From the NCBI GenBank assembly GCA_951406725.2, contig OX597816.1:310001-374000 (forward strand): DNA of 64,000 bases, read 5' to 3'. Positions 1 to 10,002 of the stretch are shown here, in pieces. The notes under the pieces are model-generated. The model was not told the DNA's origin. It did no database searches and worked only from the letters and a program-made list of their open reading frames with translations. Numbering within the stretch: the stretch's first letter is position 1; every line of letters begins with the position of its first letter. Both the position numbers and the translations under genes were made by a program. Source of the stretch: Octopus vulgaris. Lineage: Eukaryota.

Positions 1-195
1 GGCTAATGATATTTTTAGATCAATTATCTTTTCCTATGAAATCATTCCGATATCCAGAGAATAAACAAGTTCCATTTAAACTCAGTAATGTTCCTTCTAT
101 ATTTCACAATGCAAAAAGATAAGTAATTCTACCAACTGTTAACTAACACTGAAACCAGTTAAACTGTCACAGAAAATACAGAATAAATACATTAC

Positions 196-306
196 TTTGA
201 TAATATCACATTTAGATTCCACTAGAGTTTTCAATCGAGGACTGACTTCACTGCATGGATGTACGTTTGCAGTTTCTTCACAGCTTTCTTCTGGTTGAAT
301 GCTTGT
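196..306 (-). CDS. KCP: KCP-like exon V (TSIQPEESCEE...ESKCDIIK; linker into C8-like region)
   Basis: tttag acceptor, GTAATG donor, 111 nt, phase 0-0; Cys spacing as expected after VWD. Confidence 0.8.
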
Positions 307-1146
307 CTAAAAATAGAACAGTAAACGAGCAGAAGCAATTTATTTGCAAAAATACATGTATTTCCTGAAACTTACACTTCATCTTTTACTTGTTTCAGGC
401 ATAGGACTGTGGTTGTATGGCACCATGTTGACCGACACTAGTTGTCAAATGATGCTGGAATGACAAGTGCACACACACACACACACACACACACACAAGG
501 CATCGATCAGCTTGCACTACAGTCACCCAAGGTGCTGCACAGTGGAGCTGAACCTGAAACCATGGGGTTGCCAAATAAACTTCTTAACCTTACAACCAAA
601 CTAACCAAATATTTTTCTCAATATGACCATCGGTCATTCAGTTTATGTTGGAGAAAAGAAATTTTTAAGATTCTTTTTTTTTCAGGCAAGTAAGTATAAC
701 AAGTCAAACCAATATTATCATTCTTTAATGTCCATCTTTTATGCTGTCATGACAGACAGAATCTGACAAGCTCCAATGCCTGTTTTTGGCATGGTTTCTA
801 TGAATGGATGCCCTCCCTTATAGAGTAAAAGTGGCATTTTTGATAGCACCAGCGCTAGTGAGGTTACCAAGTCAAAATTGCAATACATGATACCTCAAAC
901 GAGTCGGGGCATAGTATTTATTCCAGGTGTTAAATGTGAGAGAGAGACAGAAAGTAGCATCTTGCTGCAGGGGATGCACAGAGAACAATTAATTACCTTT
1001 TAGCTAAACACAGTCTGTTTCTTTCATCATCATTTAACGTCTGCTTTATGCAAAGTGTTACATTATTGATTTTCTTATGTTTAAGGCAGAAAGTTAATTG
1101 ATAATTGTTTTCATTAAAATAAAGACAATAATGAAAATAGAGATAC

Positions 1147-1311
1147 CTTCCAACTGTTTGCAAAGATATCATGTGAACTTGTCTGCTTGCCATCAGTGGT
1201 TAATAAGTCATCATCTGGGGAGCCATTGAAATTTCCACAGAGGCCACAAGTTTTTCTTTGGTAAGTTTGTGAGATTTGTAACTCAACAAAACCTTCCCCA
1301 TTCCACACTAA
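1147..1311 (-). CDS. KCP: KCP-like exon U (VWD: LVWNGEGFVEL...TCGLCGNFNG...FANSWK)
   Basis: gacag acceptor, AAG|GTATCT donor, 165 nt; canonical VWD CGLCG motif. Confidence 0.92.
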
Positions 1312-1928
1312 CTGTCAATACAACAATAAAAACAAAATTAATATTAATTATTAACTTAGTTAACGATCAATTCACACTCAAACTTAATAATTACAATTGC
1401 TATACATAATCATTGTTTTAATGTCTGTTTCCATGGGTCAGAGTTTTCTATGGTCTAATACTCGTCCTGTCCTCAAACTTCACTTGTTTCCAAATGAGGT
1501 AATAATCTTCCAGTCTATTGAACAGCAAATTGCCTTAACATATTTATGTGGAGAACTGGAAAAAAATGATTCCATATGAATGAATCTTTATTTTTACAAA
1601 GATTGCACAACATGTCAAGTAACCTGGACATGCTTTTTGTGGTGGACTGCAAGCAATCAACACAGCTGGGAAGCCATTGTTTACAAACCAGCAACTGTGA
1701 AGGAAATACATATACACACACATGTGTGCATGAATAATATATATATATATCTCATCATCATCGTTTAATGTCCATATTCCATGCTAGCATGGACAGGACA
1801 TATATATCTATGAACTTTAAGCTAGTTAAAATATGTTTGTGACAGTTTAACTTCTAAAGGCAAATTCACTGTCTGACACTGAAAGGTGTAAAATCACCAT
1901 ATCTGCCCCGTTCCTCCCTCTAGCAGAC

Positions 1929-1971
1929 TCCCAGACATGTGTTTCTGGCTATTTAGCCTTCTTCAATGGGA
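1929..1971 (-). ncRNA. Minimal type-I hammerhead ribozyme motif (C3U variant)
   Basis: Minus strand reads UCCCA UUGAAGA A GGCU AAAU AGCC A GAAA CACAUG UC UGGGA: 5-bp stem I, 4-bp stem II, GUC triplet. Confidence 0.65.
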
Positions 1972-2255
1972 AATATCAGAGAGAGATAACCCTTTTTTTA
2001 TATATATGATGGGTTTCTGTCAGCCAAATCCACTTTCGGGAGCTCTAGTAGAAGACAAGTTGCCATGGTTGGAGGTGAACTTGAAATCACTTGGTCGGAA
2101 AGTCAATAAATAATTGAATAATTAACAAAGTAAATAGTTTTGAATATATATTCTTGAAAAACAAACAAATCTTCCCTGTTCTTATAAGTAAATAAATCAT
2201 GAAATAGTTTTACTAAAACAAAAAAGTGACTGACAAAATTTGAAAGACAAACTAC

Positions 2256-2357
2256 CTTCATTCCAGTGCTGGTCTGAAGAAGTAGATTTCTATTAATTTT
2301 CTCTACAAAAACATCATTGTTGTGTCCAAATGGTAGCTCAGTATATACCCCATCAAC
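2256..2357 (-). CDS. KCP: KCP-like exon T (VWD: VDGVYTELPF...LQTSTGMK)
   Basis: tctag acceptor, AAG|GTAGTT donor, 102 nt, phase 0-0. Confidence 0.87.
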
Positions 2358-2461
2358 CTAGAAAGGAAAAATAATCATCATTGCTGCTTTAATGTTCACT
2401 TGACCACATTTGCATGGGTCAGGCCGAATTTATTGAAACAGATTTTCTATTGCAGGACTCG

Positions 2462-2614
2462 CTTCCTGTTACCACCTCTCGCCTTCCTGTTACCACCTCT
2501 CGCCTTCCTGTTACCACCTCTCACCTTCCTGTTACCACCTCTCACCTTCCTGTTACCACCTCTCACCTTCCTGTTACCACCTCTCACCTTCCTGTTACCA
2601 CCTCTCACCTTCCT
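2462..2614. repeat. 21-bp minisatellite, 7 copies of CTTCCTGTTACCACCTCTC(G/A)C
   Basis: Directly visible; embedded in an RTE-tail-like repeat. Confidence 0.95.
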
Positions 2615-2738
2615 CTCACCTTCTCTATGGCCACCAGACGTGATTTTGCAGAATATTAGACTGACATTGCTTGTACTTGTTCACAACTATCATGAAATTT
2701 CAAGGAGACACAATCACATATATATATATATATATATA

Positions 2739-3060
2739 CTAGGATGCACGGCGAGAGCTCCACTCACTGTCCCTTGGTTCAATGATGGCATTCTGCAACA
2801 TGTTGTTGACCTCTTTTCGGAGCTGTTCCAACTTGAGTGGGTGAAGTCGATGAGGATGTTGTTTAACAGGTCTTCAATCACCAACATCAACATCATGACT
2901 AACTAAATCGCTACGACCAGGTACATCCGGAAATAACTGTACGTATTCACGAAGCAAATCTGACAATTGACATTGCTGTTCTGCAGTAAGGGATCCCGGA
3001 CGAGCCCCCAATTTGTTACGATCAAGCAAATTCTTATGTATAAAAGGGGTGAACTTCTGA
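2739..3060 (-). mobile_element. Ty3/Gypsy pol relic (pre-RT region)
   Basis: Translates across a frame break to LFPDVPGRSDLVSHDVDVGD..VKQHPHRLHPLKLEQLRKEVNNMLQNAIIEPRDSEWSSPCIL, typical of Gypsy pol just before RT. Confidence 0.8.
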
Positions 3061-3362
3061 AGGCAACAACAGAAATTGTACAATCAGTGAATTAATATTC
3101 AAAGATGAAATTATGTAACAAAAGGTATACTACCCAAAGAATTTCATGTCCAGTCCTCGATTGTTTAAAAGGTCTTGTGCAGAAGATCAGAAACTAATAT
3201 ATCACATATGGCTCAAGTTGCATGACATAAACCTCACTAAATATCAATCGAAGATCAACAAAGATTTCGGCACCTACCAGGCGAATGGATTCCTCTAATA
3301 CTGCCGAGAAGCACTATACCAAAAGAAATGAACTTCGGATTTTGGGCGCACACATTGGAAGT

Positions 3363-3405
3363 CCACCTGAAGATTGTCGATCAAGACAGGAAACAATTGT
3401 AGTGG
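3363..3405 (+). ncRNA. Minimal type-I hammerhead ribozyme, intact core (Penelope-associated type)
   Basis: CCAC CUGAAGA UUGUC gaucaa GACAG GAAA CAAUUG UA GUGG: stem I CCAC/GUGG, 5-bp stem II, palindromic stem III ACAAUUGU, GUA triplet. Confidence 0.8.
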
Positions 3406-3498
3406 CGGTTTTTTTGACTATTTATTAAAATTTTATGTATTGATTAAGTCTTTCCTTGTTTGTTTTGCAAAATAGTGGTTTTGTCTCTAATAATATTT

Positions 3499-3534
<36 letters not shown>

Positions 3535-3627
3535 GAATAATGGAAACACAACTTTTTATTTAACTATAACAGACAATAGATATAGGTGTATGGGAATATC
3601 TGTCTGGAATACAAAACTAATACTTAC

Positions 3628-3730
3628 AGTGATGCCATTATTTGGTATTAAATTAATTTCCAACCCAGCAAATCTGACAGTGAGATTCTGAGGTGATGTT
3701 CCATAGGAACTTCCATGCTGAACCTCCACC
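3628..3730 (-). CDS. KCP: KCP-like exon S (VWD: VEVQHGSSYG...INLIPNNGIT)
   Basis: taaag acceptor, GTAAGT donor, 103 nt; phase 2-0 exactly bridges exons R and T. Confidence 0.8.
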
Positions 3731-3865
3731 CTTTAATAATCAGAAAACAAGACAACAAATATAATAACATATCTAACATCAAGAATCTTGAAAACCAAAT
3801 AGAAAAATGAAGTAACAGTAAAAAGTTCCACAGGAAATAAATTATATCATTTAAATAGTTTTTCT

Positions 3866-6800
3866 TTTAATTCTGTGCCACACAAAAGGCTTATGGTGAA
3901 ACTCTCTGCAATGGGTGTGAGGGATGACCTTTTTAACTGGTTGAAATCCTTCATTCTCAGCATTCTCTGAAAGGAAGTAGTCACAGTTCTAGGACAGCAT
4001 TCTACACCATATGAGATGTCATCGGGTGTACCACAGGGATCTGTTCTTGGTCTCCTCTTGTTTGTGGCATACATTAATGACATAGATGCCAATTTAAAGA
4101 ATGCCACAGTATTGAAATATGCAGACGACATCAAGCTGTACCTTGAAATCAAGAGGACAGATCCTGATGTCTACAACTCTTTCCTGCAATCAGACCTGGA
4201 CACAGTGCAGCAATGGATCACGGACTGGCAACTGAAACTGGCTGTGGACAAGTGTACCACCATGCATTTTGGGAGAAAAAACCTTGCATCCACATACTCC
4301 CTCCACAACACTGATATCAAGAAATCCTCTTGCGAGCGTGACCTAGGCATCACTGTCAGCAGTGATTTGCGTTGGACAAAGCATATCTCTAAAATTGTCA
4401 AGAAGGCCGAGGGTGTCTTGGCATCACTCAGCAAGACTTTTGTTAGTCACTCTCCAGCCATCTATTTAAAACTGTATACAGCTATGGTACGACCACACTT
4501 GGAATTCGCATCATCAGTTTGGAACCCCTATCTTGCTCAGAACATTGACCTCCTGGAATCTGTTCAGAGACATGCAACCAAACGCATACCCTCCATCAGA
4601 CACCTACCATACTCTGAGCGCCTTGTTTCCCTGGGCATGGATTCACTGAAGCTCCGGCATCTGGCGATGGACTTGGTAAACACCCACAAAGTTATCAACC
4701 ACCTCACCAACAACAACACTGAACACCTTTTTGATCTCCATGTGTCCAACACACGTGGACATTTAGTTAGTTAGTTAATTTGGCTCAAAAGCAAATAGCA
4801 AGGCCATGTAGGGGGACATGGATTTAAGTACAGGGTGGTGTTCATGTAAAGAGTTCAGGCCACTTGAGGTCAAGGGAGGCTTTGAACAAAGCGGTCGTCG
4901 GCATCTTCACCATCTCGTCTGGCAGCTTGTTCCACGGATCTGCAACCCGGACGGAGAAAGCTCCTCTCCTTCGATTGAGATGAAATCGTCGCAGGTAGAG
5001 CTTTTCAGAATGACCCCGCAGCCGACGCTCTGGAGCAGGAGTGAAGAACAGCTCTTTCGAGAGGTTACACTTTCCGCTTATGATGTTGTGGGCGAGAATG
5101 AGATCACCACGGCGGCGGTGTTTTTCAAGAGAATAAAGGTCGAGCATCCTCAGCCTTTCTTCGTAGGACAAATTTTTGAGACCATGAACCATGCGGGTAG
5201 CCAGCTTCTGGACTCTTTCGAGATGCTGTATGTCTTTGAGGAGATAAGGAGAAGAGACTTGAATCCCGTACTCCAATATGGGTCTCACCAGCGTGACATA
5301 GAGTGGCAGGAATATGGCTGCTGTGAGCATTCCGAATGACCGTCGAATCAAGAACAGAATTCCGCGTGCTTTGTTGGCAGCATGGACGCACTGGGCCGAA
5401 GGCGAAAGGGAGGAATCCACCAAGATACCCAGGTCCTTTACCTGATCGGTCCTCTCCAGCAGCAGACGACCCGGCTCGAAATCAAGTTGAGTTGCAGGAG
5501 GAGAGCCAACAGGCAGATGACAGCACTTTCAGACACAGGTCCCATTCGTTAGACCACTTCCAAATTTGGTGGAGGCATCGACGAAGATCCTCTATATCAC
5601 CGCGAGGAGCGACCAGTTTGATATCGTCAGCAAATAGAAGGGTGTGTTGCGTGAGGTCGTCGGGCAAGTCATTTATGAAGACTAAGAACAATAAGGGCCC
5701 AAGCACTGAACCTTGAGGCACGCCACTGCTCGCACTGGAGACGTCGGACCGCGAACCATTAACTTGGACTTGGAAGGAGCGATCTGAGGGGAAGGCACCA
5801 ACCCATCGTACAATATCCAGATGGAAACTATATGCTTGAAGCTTGACAAGTAATTGGCGGTGGTTTACCGAGTCAAAAGCTTTGGCAAAGTCCAATAAAA
5901 CGATGTCAACAGCATCACTATCATCGAGGATGTGCATCACCAATTCTTCCATTACCAGTAAGTTGGTCAAGCATGATCTCTTCGGCACGAAGCCATGTTG
6001 GGAATCAGAGATAGAGGCTGTGTTTTGGAGGTGGAGCATCATACTTTTCTTAAGGATGGTTTCGAACATCTTGCTGATTATTGATGTAAGGGAAACCGGT
6101 CGGTAGTTAAGCGGGTCTTCGCGGCTCCCTTTCTTGAAAATTGGGCAGATTATCGCTGTTCTCCAGTCCGCAGGTATAACACCCGTCGCCAATGACATGT
6201 TTAATAGACGTGTTAAGGGCTCGCAGATGACCGGAGTCAACGCTTTGATAACCCGTGGGTGTATGCCGTCAGGGCCGTGACCCTTGTTGACATCGAGGCC
6301 TTGAATAACACGTTTGACTTCGTCCCGCGTGATGACCAATCGAAGCATTGGAGGTACCGATCTATCAAATGGAGGGGGTTCACGACCATCATCTTGTTTG
6401 AAAATAGTTGAAAAAGCCTCGGCAAATAATTGACTCTGTTGATAAGGGTCCTCAATCGATACGCCTGTTGAGTCTACCAACGTTGCAATCTGGTTGTTCA
6501 AGCGGGAATTCCGTTGGACATGGGCAAAGAAGGTTTTTGGATTGCTACTGGCATTTGCCGCAATTTTGTATTCATAACTGAAGCGTTCTTCCTTTTCAAT
6601 TTTCACGGCTCGGTCTCGTTGAGTTTTGTACACCTCAAAAGCTGCAGTTGAATCCAGATTTTTGAATTCAGCCCAAGCAATATCTCTGAGTCGAAGTTCT
6701 CGTTTAACCTTCTTCGTCACCCAGGGCTTGTGTTTCTTCTTCTTGGGAAGCCCAACGGGAACTGCCTGGTCAGTCAAACAGATTACATATGCTTTGAGGG

Positions 6801-8182
6801 ATGACCATAGTTCGTCAACAGAGGACAACGTCATCAGGGATCGCCAGTCCAGAAGCGCGGAAGCCTCAGTTAGAATTTCAAGATTAATTGCAGAGAAGAC
6901 TCTACGTGGCAGCGAAGTAGTCGTGGGCGTAGAAAAAGTTGTGTGCATGATCACTCTTGGCAAGAGGGGCGCACACAGATACGTCTGACACTGATCTTGG
7001 ATAGCGGGAGAATACCAGATCCAGCATAGATGGCTGCTGCCCAGACCGATGCCTTGTCGGATATTCAACATGTTGCGATAGAAAACAATCTTCAGCTACG
7101 TCAAGAAGGGCCTGGCCGAACCGGGAAGATGTTGTACAAATTGATGCGGGCCAATCGATCGTGGGAGCGTTGAAGTCTCCTAGTACCAAACAGTCATGCG
7201 AAGCTGAAACGAATCTTATCGCTTCGAGTAAATGAGCATCGTCCTGGGGGTCGGCAAGAGGCGGCCTGTAGACAGCTAACACGGGCAGGCAAAACTCGGA
7301 TAGGCTCAGCTTGCAATAGACGGCATCGAATTTTGTTGTAGGTTGAGCATTAGTGGGTAGAATACCGCTGGACGGTTTGTGCTCAGATTTAACATACACA
7401 GCAACACCTCCACCTCGCCTTTTTTCTCTGTCACATCTGAAAAGGACGTAGCCCTGCAGGTGGATTTCTGAGTCCTTTACTGCTGGAGTCAGCCAAGTCT
7501 CGGTGATAGCTATCACATCAGGGGAGTCACGTATGGCCAGTGTAAATAGTTCGCTGAACTTTGGAATTAAGGAGCACAAGTTGGTATAGACGATGCTGAG
7601 CTGTGAAGTTTGAGGGGCGGGAGTTGGGGAACAAGCAGAATAAGGGGTATCAGAGATAGCATCGTTGACGGGGGTATCAACTTCACTTCGATTTGCCCTC
7701 ACTTCACTTTCCCTGTCAGCACTACAGCATGCGACCAGAGGTAGGACTTGATTATTTGTCCATCTTGGATGCGTAAACCCTTCTCTCCCATCTGTTTCCT
7801 CATCTTTAGTTCGGATATTAGGTTTCTCCGGCGAATTCTCTCTCTCGACATGCCTACAAAGTCAGAAAACAGCACAGCTCCCATGACTTTCGGAAACATT
7901 TTTTCACGCTCAGAGTTGCTGAAGCATGGAACAAACTGCCTGCGTCAGTTGTTGACTGCCATGACACTGCATCTTTTAAGGCCCTCATGCTTTCCGAAAT
8001 CCGCCGAAACTACACCTGATTGTCCCCCTTCCATACTCATACACATACGTGTATGTCATGACTCATGCACTGTTCTTTTCCTGACGCTTGTACATTACCC
8101 TATGTACTAAACATACACTTTAGATGAGTTGTAGTGCACCTGAGCACTGTACACAATGTTTTATTATTATTATTATTATTAA
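3866..8182 (+). mobile_element. 5'-truncated CR1/L2-group LINE (RT C-half + 3' UTR + (TTA)n), split by a nested insertion at 4763-7846
   Basis: ORF 4016..4774 has GVPQGSVLG and YADD. The frame NTRGH| resumes at about 7850 as AYKVRKQH...FFTLRVAEAWNKLP. 3' stem-loop and (TTA)n tail. Confidence 0.9.
4763..7846 (-). mobile_element. Near-complete CR1-group LINE: end of ORF1 + ORF2 (APE endonuclease, RT, C-terminal), two frameshifts
   Basis: ORFs 6902..7702 (ITETWL, GDFN, SDH), 5482..7071 (DFAKAFD, GVPQGSVLGP, FADD) and 4842..5423; (CTAA)n tail; GACAT duplicated at 4758-4762 and 7847-7851. Confidence 0.93.
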
Positions 8183-8215
8183 TTAATTAATTCTTCAAGT
8201 CAATCATTATACAAT

Positions 8216-8441
8216 TTAACCCTTTTGTTGCCATATTAGTATTTAAATACACTGCCTTTGTTTCAAATGAATTTGGAAATAAAGATTTTGGTAAAATAAC
8301 TGTCATAATTAAGTTGCTTTGGGACAAATTAACCTGAAATTTTAAGGGGAAAGGTTTTGATTTAGATCCCTTTAAAACAAGAAGTTTGAATCCTAGGTCC
8401 AAGGGTGGTTTCAGATGTGTTGGCTATTAAAGAATGTTAAA
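8216..8441. mobile_element. piggyBac-like ~220-bp MITE; related copies near 13492-13710, 21800-22290, 24110-24305, 39700-39940, 56580-56790, 63655-63800
   Basis: TTAA-CCCTTTTGTT.CC at one end and degenerate GGTATCAAAAGGG-TTAA at the other; shared AT-rich body across copies. Confidence 0.6.
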
Positions 8442-8789
8442 GGCAAGGGGGTCAATTCCAAATGAATTAAAAACTGAATGGAAGCATGCAGTGAGAAGGA
8501 AGTCGAATATTTGTAAAATGTAACTTCAATTATGTTCCAGTCTTAATGAACTGCCTCAACAAAGCCTGGTCTTATTGGTATCTACCAGATCATAGAATAA
8601 CTGAAAGAATCTAAGGGTTTTAGGAAAAAAAAGAAAACATATTCGCTGATTTGGCAGTTTAAAATAGCATTTAAAATGATAGTCGCATTAGTATTTTATT
8701 ATCAGGATGAGAGCAAGGAGATCTTAACTCAGATCCTTTTAAAACATGGCAAGTGCAAAGATAAGTCAGTGAAGAGACATCGGTGAAGT

Positions 8790-9145
8790 CATTGCTTCAT
8801 GTACAATACTGAACTCAACTATATCTCGTCAAACAAGGGAACTGGCAGAGAAAATGGAATGCTCCTACACTGCAATATAGAAGCATCTTCACTCGATGGG
8901 AAAGGTTCAGAAGTATGGAGCATGGGTTCCGTATGCTTTAAGTGAAAACTACAAAAATCAATGAGCCACAATCTCTGCTGGTTTACTTGCTCGTCACTGC
9001 TCAACTCATGGACACAAGCAACGATTTCTTTACTGAATCGTTACTGGCAACGAAAAATGGTGCCTGTACAGCAATATGAAGCAGTGTAAGGAATGGCTTT
9101 GCCCCGGTAAACAAGCGGCACCATGCATGAAACAAGATCTGGTTA
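8790..9145 (+). mobile_element. Mariner transposase relic
   Basis: Translates to HLHSMGKVQKYGAWVPYALSE...RFLY*IVTGNEKWCLY (degenerate WVPHEL and IVTGDEKW motifs). Confidence 0.85.
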
Positions 9146-9451
9146 AGATATTACAGTCAGTCAATATGATGGAAATTGAGCTATTCAACTAAAATTTGAA
9201 GTTCCTCATCGTTTAGCTATAAAATATGACATTTTGTATAAGAGAAATTAAATTTTTCTTGTGCACACACACACAAACACCCATACACATGCATGGATGT
9301 AAAACTATACACACATACAAAGTTACAGGGAGAAATGTTCCAAGAAACTTTCACAAAAACAACAGCAGCAGAAGTGATGACAATAATAGCAACAACAACA
9401 ACAGAAAAATCAACAAAAATAGATGAAATGCTTTTGATAGTCCAAACTTAC

Positions 9452-9572
9452 ATAAAGTCATTGTTGACACAATTTGTTGCCATAATATAATTACATGCTC
9501 CTTGGAAATGAATGTTGGCACCATCGAATGTTCTGTAATGATTGTTTCCATAGAGAATGCAAGTGGAAGGTT
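9452..9572 (-). CDS. KCP: KCP-like exon R (VWD start: KPSTCILYGNNHYRTFDGANIHFQGACNYIMATNC)
   Basis: gacag acceptor, GTAAGT donor, 121 nt, phase 1-2; VWD N-terminal motifs. Confidence 0.9.
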
Positions 9573-10002
9573 CTGTCAAACAATAAAAAAAAGAAAATAA
9601 AGTTGTAGGGGAAGGTGTCCCAGAAGTGAATCTGCAGATTTACATGGCTTATCAATTAAATCTTAATCAGTCCTATAAAGAACCAATACATGATTGACCA
9701 GTATGCTAAAAGTCACAGCCAAAATTCCCTCCCATCATACTCTGCTGTCTTAAAAATAAAAAGAAACACTTGCTAAATGCACTCCAAGATACATTATGTT
9801 TGATAAGAAAAAAAAACAGGATGGCTGGAATGGTAGATCAGAACCAATCTAGAGCAAAATAACAAATCTTTCATTATTCTTAAGTCTTTTCAAATCTTCA
9901 ATCTTTTGTGCCCATGTTTCACTCTCATGTTATTCTCTGCTCTGAGTATCTCCATACTTAAAGGTTAAGATTACTTATTTATCCAACCAATTATTTTTAC
10001 TG

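Noticed and set aside
993-1193. Possible extra exon or ORF near a GT donor at about 995
   Set aside because: Exons U and V already join in frame, and the segment contains an RTE-tail remnant
2400-2906. ORFs with FLLPPLT / LPVTTSH repeats
   Set aside because: Artefact of the 21-bp minisatellite; antisense to the host gene with no splice or domain support
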